Shown here: in pieces, positions 1-8,702 of the stretch
Position numbering within the stretch: position 1 is the first letter of the stretch
How the letters are laid out: the number at the start of each line of letters is the position of its first letter
Origin: Gemmata obscuriglobus
GTDB taxonomy: Bacteria > Planctomycetota > Planctomycetia > Gemmatales > Gemmataceae
DNA length: 32,000 nucleotides
Assembly (NCBI RefSeq): GCF_008065095.1
Contig: NZ_CP042911.1
Coordinates: 7,200,001-7,232,000 of the forward strand
Reading direction: 5' to 3'
Program-made: the position numbers and the translations under genes
Notes under the pieces: model-generated
What the model was told of the DNA's origin: nothing
Databases searched by the model: none
The model's input: the letters and a program-made list of their open reading frames with translations, nothing else

Positions 1-1
1 G

Positions 2-3000
2 TGGGTCACCGCGCTGGGCGTACTCGTCTGGCAGCTCATCCTCAAGCCGTGGCAGGCGGAGATCCCCCTTTCGGAAGTGGCGGCCGAACTGTCCCGGGGC
101 CTCCCCGAACTGGCGGACCGGCTCAAGGCGGTCATCGCCCCCGCGAACGGTACGTCCGAGGCGGTCCGCGCGGCGCTCCTGGAAGACACGCTCCGGCGCG
201 CGAGGGCCGTCGATTTCGAGCGGGCCGTTCCGGCGCACCCCACGCTGCTGGCGGTGTGCTGGGCGCTGCTCGCGCTGCTCGCGTTCCTGATGCTCACCGG
301 GCTGCTGCCGAACAGCGCGGAACGGCTGCGCCGGGTCGCACTGCCGTGGGTGCGGCCGCCCGCGGCGGCGCTGCGCGTGGTGGTCACGTCGGGCGAGCCG
401 GTGGTGCGGCGCGGCGCGGCGGTCACGCTGACCGCGTTCGCCGAGCGCACGGAGTCCCGGCGCGGCGCGCGGCCGCATCGGGCTACGGCCGTGTTCCGGG
501 ACGCGCCCGAGTCGCCCGAAGAGTCGGTCACCATGGCGGCGGATGACGCCGGCGCGTTCCACGTCACCCGGGCGCGCGTGGCCCGCGACTTCGAGTACCG
601 CGTCCTGATCGACGGTGCGGCCAGCGAGTGGTTCAAGGTGACCGCTCTCGACCCGGTCGACCTGGCCCCGGACACGCGCATCGAGGTCGCGCCGCCGGGG
701 TACGTCGGGGTCCCCGCACGCGTACTTCCGGCGCTCGCCGATTTCGAGGCACTGGACGCGTCCCGGCTCACCGCTCGCTTGACGTTCACCCAGCCGGCCG
801 CGAGCGCGCTGTTCGAGTGGCACGCGCACGGGGGCACCAAAACGGACCCGGTTCCCGTGGCCCTCGCTCCCGATCGGCTCTCCGGGACGGCGTCGCTGGT
901 GCTTCGCACGAGCGGCGAACTGAGGCTCATTCTGTTGCGCGAGGTGGACGGTAAGAAGCTCCGCACCGTTCTGGCCGCGAACGTGATCGTGCCCCCAGAC
1001 AAGGCGCCGTGGTTCGAGACGCTGGCCGGAATCGACCCGCGGCCGCGCGCGGTGCGCCCCGGGTGGCGCGTGCCGATCGTCGTCGCCGCGTGCGACGATT
1101 TTTGCGTGTCCGGTGCCCGGCTCGAGTACACACTGGCATCGCCCGATTCGCACACGGAAGTGCTCCCCATTCCCCTCACCGGCACGGGCACCGCGCGCGC
1201 GAGCGGGCGCCTCGACTTCGATCCGTCGGCGGTCGCGCCGCCCGGCGGTACGATCCGCTTCCGGGTCCGCGTGACCGACAACCGCGCGTCCGAAGACCCG
1301 AAGCTGTTTCCCCAGGAAACGCTGTACCCCGCGACCGGGTGGAGCGAACTGACGCTCAACGCGTCCGCGCCACCGCTCGAAGAGCAGGACGCGCGGAACC
1401 AGCGGGACACGTTCCGGGCGGCGGCGGAAGCGGCCCGCGGCCCCGTGCGCGAAGCGGTCGACGCGGTGGCCGCCGTTCGCGCCGAGGTCTCGGCGGCCGG
1501 TCCGCTGAGCGTGGACCAGGCGGTCCGGTTGAACGTCGCCCGCGAGCGGGTGCGGTTCGCCGCGGCCGCGCTGGCCGCCCTCGCACGCGACGCCGCGCTG
1601 GCGCCCGAGTTCCGCCCGCTCGCGACCGCGGCGCACGACCTCACGACACACGAGCTTCGAGGCGCCAAGGAGGCGCTGGGCCGCGCCGACGCGGAAGGCG
1701 GCGGGCGCGCCGACGGGCTCGCGACCGCGGCGGCCGACTTGTCCGCCGCTCACACAAAACTGGACGCACTTCTCGCCCAGAACGACGCGCTGGCCCGCGC
1801 CCGACTCGACCGCGCCCGGCTCGGTGCGCTCGCCGCCGACCAGGCCGCGCTCGCCGGCGCCAAATTGAGCGCGAACGAGTTCGGGGCGCGCCAGCGCGAA
1901 CTCGTTGCCCGGCTGAACACACTGATCGCGGACAGCGAGCCCTTGCGGCGGGCGCTCGAAGGAGGGCGCAGCGAGGAGGCCGGCCGGTTCGCTCGCGACC
2001 TCGCCGAACTGGCCAACGCGGCAAGCGAACTCGACGCGGCGAGCCAGCGGACGGTTGCCGACGCCCGCACCACACTGATCGCTCGATTCGCCGCCGACCA
2101 GGACGAGCAGGCCCGGCGCGCCGAACGCCTGCTGGTCGCCACGGAAACGGCGGCCCGACTCGTCGGCGTCGGGCCGCCCCGGGCGAACGAGTTCCGCAAG
2201 GTGACCGAACTGGCCGCCGCCGGCCGCACCGTCGAAGCCCTCACAGAACTGGAGAAGCAGACGCAGGCGCTCGAACGGCTGGCGCGCGAATTCGAGATTT
2301 GGGCCGAGGCCGGCACCGACCCGAAGAAAGGCGCCAAACAACTCGTCCTGTGGCAAGGCGACCTCCTGAACCGGCTCCGCGCCGCGACGCGGATGGTCGG
2401 GTTCGACCAACTGCCGGCCGCGACGCGCACCGCGCTTCGCGCCGAGCAACACGCGCTCGGGGACACGGTCGGCCGGTTGCACCTGCCCCCCGAACCCTCG
2501 ATCCGGTCGATCCGCGACAGCGCCGCGCGGCACTGCGGGCGGGCGACCCAGGCCCTGTCGTCCGACGGCCGCAGTGCGGACACCGCGATGCGGCTGGCGG
2601 TCGAGGCGCTGGAGCGGATCGCGGACCTCACGCCCCCGGCCGGCGAGCGGCTCTACAAGTCGCGGGGCGATTTCGACAAGCTGCGTACGGAGCAGGAGGC
2701 GCTGACGAACGCGGTCGATCAGGCGCTGCGCGGGTTCGAGGGCCAGGGCACGGTTCCCCCGCTGGCGGCGAAGAAGCTGGCCGAACTGGCGGACCGGCAG
2801 CGCCGGCTGTCCGAGCAAGTCGAGGCGCTCGACCTGCCCGGCATGGGCGCCCGGCAGGGCCGGGTTACAGCGGCGCTCGCGCGGGCCGGCGCGGACCTGC
2901 GGGGCGCCGCGCCGTTCGACGTGCAAGCGTCGCAACTGCTGGCCCGGCGCGAGTGCGAGCGGCTCAAGCTCGAGCTTGAAGGGGCAACGCCCCCGGACGT

Positions 3001-4504
3001 GCGGTGCGAAGAGCTGCGCCGTAAACTCGGCGCGTTGGCGGTCGTACTCGACGCTCATGGGCCGGACCTCACCGCGAAGCAACTCGAACCCGCTGTCCCC
3101 GTCGTTCAAGAAGCGCTTCGGCTATTGCCGACCGGAGCGCCGGAGGCGTCCGTGCTACTGAATGATGCCCGTCTGGCACTTCAGGCCGCCGAAGTCGCGC
3201 TCCGTGACGGCTCAAAACCCGATGCGGCCCGCCTCCGCATCCGCGCCGCCGCCGAGGCACTCGAAAAGCTCGGCGCGCGGCTGAACGGCTCGGAGCCCGA
3301 CCTGACCCGCGTGCGGCGGCTCGCGGGGTGCCGCCGCGCGGCGGCGGTGCGGGCCAAGGAACTGGCCGACGCGAAGGCCCCGTTCAGCGCCCCGGCGTCC
3401 GACGAGGCGCTGCGGCAACTGGCGCGCGAGTGCGAGGAACTGGCACACACGCGGTTCGGACCGGCCGGGCAGGCGGCCCGGAAGCGGGTGCTGGACCAGT
3501 ACGCCCGGCTCAGTGCCCGGCGCGAACCGGACCGGCTGGCGTCGGACCAGCGGGCGCTCGCGGAGGCGCTGGACGAACTGGCGGCGAAAATGGCCGACGT
3601 CGCCGAACTCGCGACCGCCCCCCAGCCAGAGCCGCCGGCGGTAGTCGAAGCGGACGCGTACTTGCCATCGCGGCCGTTCGTCGACCGGTGCCGCGAACTC
3701 GTCCAGTACCAGCGCACCCAGCACGAGCGGCTCACGGACGTGCCCCGGGCGCTGGCCGACCGGCTCCGCCCCGCCGCGGCCAACACGTTCGCGGCGCTCG
3801 AAGTCCGGCAGCGCGCGCTCGCCGCCGATTTCGCCGCGTTCGGGCCGGACGCCGAGCCCGCGGCCCGAGCCGCCCGGTCCGCCGCAGACGCCCTCCGCAC
3901 CGGCGCGGCTCCGGAAGCCAGGGAGCGAGCCGAAACCGCCCTGCGATTCGCGAACGAACTGGCGAAGGCCGGTACGGGGAAGCCGTGGGGCGCCCGTGCC
4001 GTTGAACTGGCCGCGCGCCAGGGCGCCCGGCTCGACGACATCGCGAAGCTCGCGGGCGCCTCCGGTGCCGCCGTCCTCCAGCAGATGGCACGGGCGGGCG
4101 AACTCGCCGGCCGGGCCGCGACCCTGGCCGACGCGCTCGAACGGGCCGTCACGTTTCGTGACCCGCAGGACCCAACCCGGGCACCACTTGCGCGCGCGGC
4201 CGAGCCGGTACGTGCGGCCGCGCAGAAGCTCCTCGAAGCCGGTCAGAGGGCGGCCGAGGCCGACGCAAAGCGGGGGGCGGCGCTCAGGGCCGAGGCGATC
4301 GAGCGCATCCGCGAAGCGCACGAACGCACGTCGGAAGCGGTTCTACCGGTGCCGGTTACCAACCCGGCACTGGGGCACGCCCTTCGCGCGGCTGAGCGCT
4401 CCGCACGGGCGGCGCTGGAACCCCACCCTAACCCGCGTATGAGCGCCGCCGACGCCGCGACCGCGCTCCGCGCCGCTGCACAACACACCCACTCGCAGAA
4501 GTAA
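2..4504 (+). CDS. Very large (>1,490 aa) alanine-rich, predicted helical, membrane-anchored protein of unknown function; 5' end lies outside the window
   Basis: Frame 2 is open from base 2 (WVTALGVLVWQLILKPW, hydrophobic) into tracked ORF 77..4504. A second hydrophobic segment is LLAVCWALLALLAFLMLTGLL. The remainder is A/R/E/L-rich. All overlapping ORFs translate to R/P/G-rich shadow sequence. No catalytic motif recognised. Loose resemblance to DUF4175-type low-complexity membrane proteins is inference only. Confidence 0.75.
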   Translation, partial: WVTALGVLVWQLILKPWQAEIPLSEVAAELSRGLPELADRLKAVIAPANGTSEAVRAALLEDTLRRARAVDFERAVPAHPTLLAVCWALLALLAFLMLTGLLPNSAERLRRVALPWVRPPAAALRVVVTSGEPVVRRGAAVTLTAFAERTESRRGARPHRATAVFRDAPESPEESVTMAADDAGAFHVTRARVARDFEYRVLIDGAASEWFKVTALDPVDLAPDTRIEVAPPGYVGVPARVLPALADFEALDASRLTARLTFTQPAASALFEWHAHGGTKTDPVPVALAPDRLSGTASLVLRTSGELRLILLREVDGKKLRTVLAANVIVPPDKAPWFETLAGIDPRPRAVRPGWRVPIVVAACDDFCVSGARLEYTLASPDSHTEVLPIPLTGTGTARASGRLDFDPSAVAPPGGTIRFRVRVTDNRASEDPKLFPQETLYPATGWSELTLNASAPPLEEQDARNQRDTFRAAAEAARGPVREAVDAVAAVRAEVSAAGPLSVDQAVRLNVARERVRFAAAALAALARDAALAPEFRPLATAAHDLTTHELRGAKEALGRADAEGGGRADGLATAAADLSAAHTKLDALLAQNDALARARLDRARLGALAADQAALAGAKLSANEFGARQRELVARLNTLIADSEPLRRALEGGRSEEAGRFARDLAELANAASELDAASQRTVADARTTLIARFAADQDEQARRAERLLVATETAARLVGVGPPRANEFRKVTELAAAGRTVEALTELEKQTQALERLAREFEIWAEAGTDPKKGAKQLVLWQGDLLNRLRAATRMVGFDQLPAATRTALRAEQHALGDTVGRLHLPPEPSIRSIRDSAARHCGRATQALSSDGRSADTAMRLAVEALERIADLTPPAGERLYKSRGDFDKLRTEQEALTNAVDQALRGFEGQGTVPPLAAKKLAELADRQRRLSEQVEALDLPGMGARQGRVTAALARAGADLRGAAPFDVQASQLLARRECERLKLELEGATPPDVRCEELRRKLGALAVVLDAHGPDLTAKQLEPAVPVVQEALRLLPTGAPEASVLLNDARLALQAAEVALRDGSKPDAARLRIRAAAEALEKLGARLNGSEPDLTRVRRLAGCRRAAAVRAKELADAKAPFSAPASDEALRQLARECEELAHTRFGPAGQAARKRVLDQYARLSARREPDRLASDQRALAEALDELAAKMADVAELATAPQPEPPAVVEADAYLPSRPFVDRCRELVQYQRTQHERLTDVPRALADRLRPAAANTFAALEVRQRALAADFAAFGPDAEPAARAARSAADALRTGAAPEARERAETALRFANELAKAGTGKPWGARAVELAARQGARLDDIAKLAGASGAAVLQQMARAGELAGRAATLADALERAVTFRDPQDPTRAPLARAAEPVRAAAQKLLEAGQRAAEADAKRGAALRAEAIERIREAHERTSEAVLPVPVTNPALGHALRAAERSARAALEPHPNPRMSAADAATALRAAAQHTHSQK

Positions 4505-5177
4505 CGCACGCAACCGGATTCCGTGGCTGCGGACGGCACTCACGTCACGCTGTGCCATCAGAGGAATCCAGCGGCTATCGGGCCAATTGACCGTCCCGAT
4601 AAGTTTGATTGAATCATCGATACATCAGGCACTTTTGTACCTTAATTGCTGGTTTGCGCCGCTTCCGGAATTCTGCCGCTACCGGCAGAGCGTCAAACAC
4701 CATGTCCGGCAACCTCTGATCGCAACCATTCGCACCGCCCCGTCGTTCGCAATTCATTAATCAATAACGCTTTGCGCCCAGGTGCTGGTTTCAGTGCGGG
4801 TTCGCAATTGTGGCTCCGAGCGCGCGATTCGTGGGTAGCAATCACCCAGCGAATAGGTAGCCCGCGGGTAGCGAAAGGCCCGTCGGCGTCCAGTCGAGTC
4901 GGACCAGTCGGCACTGTAACGGGGGTTACAGTGTTTGCGAACCAAAGGCCGCTGGCGCCCAGGATGCGGGTGGATGCGTGTCGCTTCCTGAGCGATCGTT
5001 CCAACACAGACAAGTTTAACCGACTCGCGGCAACGGTTCCTATGTCCGATGGCATCCGATCCGGCTGATGACACGGAAGTGGTGCGAGGGGAGAACGTGA
5101 CGGGTAGCACCCGATGTGCCGGCATCAGTTCAGGTTCTGCGGGCTCTCCGAGTTCGGTTCGTCGCACACCGTCGATC

Positions 5178-5186
5178 GGTTAAACC
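5178..5186. repeat. Left copy of 9-bp flanking direct repeat GGTTAAACC (putative target-site duplication of the IS unit)
   Basis: Identical 9-mer on the same strand at 7777..7785. Each copy directly abuts an IS66-type terminus. Confidence 0.6.
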
Positions 5187-5198
5187 GTAAGCGTTCAC
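5187..5198. repeat. Left terminal inverted repeat, GTAAGCGTTCAC
   Basis: Begins with the GTAAGCG string typical of IS66-family ends. Lies 91 nt upstream of the transposase remnant ATG. Confidence 0.7.
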
Positions 5199-5289
5199 GT
5201 GGGCTTTGCCCGGAGTTTTCCCGTGCCTTTTGAGCCCTTTCCGTGGGCGGTTGCCGCTGGCGAGTGTGTCCTGTGATCGAGCTAACGTC

Positions 5290-6564
5290 ATGGCACCTGT
5301 TCCTCGACCGCCGGACCTCCCCGACGACCTGCCACCTCACGTGGTGGCGTATATCCGGGCACTGGAGGCCACAGTTGCCCAACTCACGGCCCAGGTCCGC
5401 GGGCTCACGGGCCAGGTCGCCGAGTTGACCGCCCGTCTCAACCCGAACTCCGCGAACGCGTCGAACCCTCCGTCGTCCGACGCCCCGCACGTGAAGCCGG
5501 CCCCGCCCAACGGGGCCTCGGGCACGCGTCGCGGGGCCAGCCGGGGCACCCCAAAGCGGAACGCACCCTGCTGCCGCCCGATGAGATCCGGACCCCCAAG
5601 CCGTCCACGTGCCGGGGGTGTGCGCGCTCGCTGACCGGGGACGACACGAACCCGGCCGTTCATCAGGCGCACGAGATCCCGGTCGTCGAGCCCCATGTGA
5701 CCGAGTACCGGTGCCACCGGCTCCGGTGCCCCCACAGCGGCACGACCACGGTGGCTCCGGTGCCGCCCGAGGCGACGACCGGATGCGGCCCCGGGCGCAG
5801 GCGGTGGCCGCCATGCTCACCGGCTCGTGCCGCCTGGGCAAGCGCGGGGTGAGCCAACTGTTCGCCGACCTGTTCGGGTTGCCGCTGAGCCCGGTCGTAG
5901 TGTGCAAGTTCCAGAACCGGACCGCCGAGGCCCTGGTGCCGATCGCCGAGGAGGCCCCCGGTGTGCACGCACCTCCCGAAACACGCGCGGCAGGTGTGTT
6001 GGGCGCACCGGCGGCGGGACTTCCAGGCCATGATCGACCGGGCGAACCGGGGCGCGGGGATCGGAGCGGACCTGCTGGGGTGTTCCGACGCCCGGTTCGA
6101 GCATTGGTACCGGGTCCGGGACGGCGCCCTCGCGCGGTCCACATTCCGAGTCGTGTACATCCGCGGGTTGCGGCCCCGGGTCCGCGCGCACCTGGAGCGG
6201 GGCGCCCGGTGCGTGCGGACCCAAGACGGCCGCCGTGTGCCGCGAGTTGTGGGCGGTCGAGGCGTCGTTGCGGACGTTCGCGCGGGTGGTGGGCGTGGAA
6301 CCGACCAACAACGCGGCCGAGCGCGAGGTGCGGCGCGCCGTGTGCTAGCGGAAGACCAGCTTCGGCACCGACAGCGAACGCGGGAGCCGGTTCGTGGAGC
6401 GGATCCTCACCGTCCTCGCGTCGTGCCGCCGGCAGGGCCGCAACGTGCTCGCGCTCCTGACCGACGCGATCACCGCGCACCACACCGGTGGAACCCCACC
6501 AACCCTGATCCCGGCCCACCCGCAACCGCCACCGGTGATGAGCCCCGCTCTCGCCGGCTGTTGA
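5290..6564 (+). pseudogene. IS66-family transposase pseudogene (several frameshifts, in-frame TAG at 6346..6348, apparent deletion of the DDE core)
   Basis: Family-like segments occur in all three + frames: ...LEATVAQLTAQVRGLTGQVAELTARLNPNSANASNPPSSD; GQPGHPKAERTLLPPDEIRTPKPSTCRGCARSL...EYRCHRLRCP; RAQAVAAMLTGSCRLGKRGVSQLFADLFGLPLSP; QVCWAHRRRDFQAMIDR; VGVEPTNNAAEREVRRAVC*RKTSFGTDSERGSRFVERIL. Confidence 0.85.
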
Positions 6565-6582
6565 CATACACACACATCAACT

Positions 6583-6594
6583 GTGAACGCTCAC
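6583..6594. repeat. Internal right-end-like repeat GTGAACGCTCAC (possible original right terminus of the IS)
   Basis: 11/12 complementary to the left terminus. Lies 18 nt after the transposase remnant stop. Not followed by the flanking 9-mer. Confidence 0.5.
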
Positions 6595-6657
6595 TAGCAA
6601 CGAGTTGCGACCGACAGAAAGCTGCCGGTCGCCTAATCGTCTCTTTACTCGATTGAA

Positions 6658-7146
6658 CTACTTCGGCATCAGCACGGTGTCGATGACGTGAACGACGCCG
6701 TTGCTCGCCTTCAGGTCGGCCGCGGTCACCTTCGCGTCGCCGACCATCACGGTCTTGTCCTTGACAGTGACCTTGAACTTCGTACCCGAGAGGGTTTCCA
6801 CTTCCTTCCCGTCGAGCTTCACGACCTCTCCAGAGCCCCACGTCCCCTTGACCGCATGGGTCAACAGGATCTTCTTGAGCAGTTCCTTGTCGCCCTTCAC
6901 CTTCGCCAGCGTTTCCTTATCGATCTTCTTGAACGCCTCATCCGTCGGGGCGAACACGGTCCACTCACCCTTCCCACTAAGGGTTTCCGCCAAACCGGCC
7001 TCCTTTACCAGTGCCAGCAGGATGGTGTGGTCCTTTGAGCCGGCGACAACTTCGGCGATCGTCTTCTCTTCGGCGGCAGGTGCGGGGGAGGCAGCCAGCG
7101 CCAGGGCCAGGAAGGAGAACGCGGCAATCAGCTTGGACTTCATCAA
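6658..7146 (-). CDS. Secreted fasciclin (FAS1) domain protein, 162 aa
   Basis: Signal peptide MMKSKLIAAFSFLALALAASPAPAA. FAS1 hallmarks are TVFAPTDEAFKK, LLKKILLTHAV and NGVVHVIDTVLMP. G+C is lower than in flanking genes (35/60 and 37/60 in the two lines sampled). Confidence 0.9.
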   Translation of the reverse strand: MMKSKLIAAFSFLALALAASPAPAAEEKTIAEVVAGSKDHTILLALVKEAGLAETLSGKGEWTVFAPTDEAFKKIDKETLAKVKGDKELLKKILLTHAVKGTWGSGEVVKLDGKEVETLSGTKFKVTVKDKTVMVGDAKVTAADLKASNGVVHVIDTVLMPK

Positions 7147-7736
7147 GATGCTCCACGGGCGATGACGGTGTTACACCGGCGCAGGTGCGCCAGTCGCCGA
7201 GCGGAATTCAGTGGTCTCGAACGGCTTGGTTCACACAAGCAATTTCGTGGCCACATCCCAGCCGACCGCATGCCTTCGCGATTCGGTTCAGAGCAGATTC
7301 ACAACACGGGAACTTTTATTTTCGTGGTTCAACTCCTTCACGCTGAAAACCTCAGCGATTCCGCACAGCGGAATCGCCTTAACCAACGTGGAAACAGCAA
7401 ATTATGCCATATGTCGAACTCTGGTTTTCAACATGACCGGGGCTTACAGCGGCAATTCAATACAGCTAGCCACTTCGCGACAAGAATGAAATGGACGTAG
7501 CCGTTCATACCCCGAAAGCAAATGCTCACCTGAACAGCGGTACGCAATCCCTTCAGATTTGCAGCACTTTTCACATCGATGGTGTACAAAACCGTGATCG
7601 CAGCAGACATCGCAGGCTCACACAACGGGCCTCTTCGCCTACTGCTTGTGCTCATGAGTTCACTGTCGAGTCAGAAAACCGGCTCATATTCGGGAGGGGG
7701 TATTATTCAGCGGATCCGATTTAACAGATGTCAGCT

Positions 7737-7748
7737 GTGAACGGTTAC
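7737..7748. repeat. Right-end-like repeat GTGAACGGTTAC (subterminal copy)
   Basis: Identical to 7765..7776, which lies 16 bp downstream in the same orientation. Confidence 0.5.
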
Positions 7749-7764
7749 CGCGGACCAACTACCC

Positions 7765-7776
7765 GTGAACGGTTAC
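7765..7776. repeat. Outer right terminal inverted repeat GTGAACGGTTAC
   Basis: Its reverse complement GTAACCGTTCAC matches the left end at 11/12. Directly followed by GGTTAAACC. Confidence 0.6.
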
Positions 7777-7785
7777 GGTTAAACC
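7777..7785. repeat. Right copy of 9-bp flanking direct repeat GGTTAAACC
   Basis: Identical to 5178..5186. Confidence 0.6.
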
Positions 7786-8188
7786 TGATCAGTTCGCACT
7801 GCCGGCAGCCCATCAGCATGCGCCTCGGGTTCTCCGGAGAAATCCTTATGCCGATACGATAAACTTGAGCTGTGCGCCAAGGGCGGATGTCGCAATCGGT
7901 CCCCTCCTGGTGTGGAGGGGAGAGTCAACGCGCGGTCGTCGGCAGTGAACACCCTTTCGCGCTCACCCCGCGCGATCCCACTACGAGCTGAACCGCGGTA
8001 ACGTCCCGAGCCGGCGGGTTCGCCGCGAGTAGGCAGTAGGCTCGTTGGTTACAGCACCGATTGAACAAGCGTGCGCCCCGATTACCTCTCCGATCGGCGA
8101 AACTTCACCCACAGATCATTTTAGTTCTGCACCGGAACGAGTCGTGTTCTATGTTTCCCACACCAGTAACTCCGTGGAGGCGCACTGC

Positions 8189-8509
8189 ATGTCTGTTCAG
8201 AACTCTGACCGCCGAGCGGCAGTTCGCTTCGCTCCCGCCTCAACAACTTCCTGCTACACTGAGTCCGGCGGTGAGGGTGTTTTGTGGGACATCTCCGCCA
8301 CGGGGCTGAGCATGCTGGTCGAGACGAGCCCGCTGCTCGGGGTCACGCTGACGGTCGAGGTGACATCCTCCTGGCGCGTCCTGACGGTCCGGGCCCAAGT
8401 GGCTCACGTGAATCAGTTGGCGGGCGGGGATTACTTCGTCGGGATGGAGTTCGCCCGTCCGCTCGCGCTGGAAGAGATCGAGCCGTTCGTCACCCCGGCG
8501 CTCGTGTAA
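8189..8509 (+). CDS. Single-domain PilZ protein (c-di-GMP receptor type), 106 aa
   Basis: ATG at 8189 lies 8 nt after GGAGG (8176..8180). Both PilZ signature motifs are present: RxxxR (RRAAVR) and D/NxSxxG (DISATG). Tracked ORF 8045..8509 is trimmed to this start. Confidence 0.8.
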   Translation: MSVQNSDRRAAVRFAPASTTSCYTESGGEGVLWDISATGLSMLVETSPLLGVTLTVEVTSSWRVLTVRAQVAHVNQLAGGDYFVGMEFARPLALEEIEPFVTPALV

Positions 8510-8702
8510 AGCCCACACGGGCGGCGACGCGCCCGGTTGACCGCCGGCCTGCGTCTGCGGGTTCGGCCGTTGACTTGTCCGCCGCGTGCTGGTCTACTGG
8601 CCCTGGCGCGTGCGGGCCGCGCCCACTTCGTCCACTCTTGCCCACCAAGGTGTGCGCATGCGCGGGAACCGGGGCGGGGCGATCTCGAAGTTCTTGTAGC
8701 AG

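Larger units (their letters stand above)
5187..7776 (+). mobile_element. Decayed IS66-family element, outer boundaries (2,590 bp), enclosing a transposase pseudogene, a fasciclin gene and ORF-free low-G+C DNA
   Basis: Termini are GTAAGCGTTCAC (5187..5198) and GTGAACGGTTAC (7765..7776), 11/12 complementary. Both are flanked by the identical GGTTAAACC. IS66-like transposase segments start at 5290. Size and GTAA-type ends fit the IS66 family. Confidence 0.65.

Noticed and set aside
1009-4321. Long overlapping ORFs inside the giant gene (1009..2979 +, 1750..2631 -, 3181..4152 -, 3212..4321 -, 3328..4005 +)
   Set aside because: Their translations are Arg/Pro/Gly/Ser-rich low-complexity strings, typical of off-frame or antisense reading of high-G+C coding DNA. 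The 2..4504 frame explains the region.
5125-6573. 482-aa ORF antisense to the IS66 transposase remnant
   Set aside because: It is R/G/P/A-rich with no motif. The sense strand carries clear, though broken, IS66 transposase segments.
7737-7776. Tandem GTGAACGGTTAC copies as a CRISPR-like or iteron array
   Set aside because: There are only two copies, 16 bp apart, and they match the IS terminus. No CRISPR-type regular repeat-spacer array exists anywhere in the window.
7147-8188. c-di-GMP riboswitch or other known riboswitch in the long region upstream of pilZ; tRNA, tmRNA or RNase P RNA in any low-G+C segment
   Set aside because: I could not find the conserved cores by eye on either strand. 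The cores sought were ACGCAAAGC-type GEMM-I, GGTTCGAATCC-type T-loops, GAGGAAAGTCC for RNase P, and the tmRNA 5'/3' ends. A covariance-model scan is still needed.
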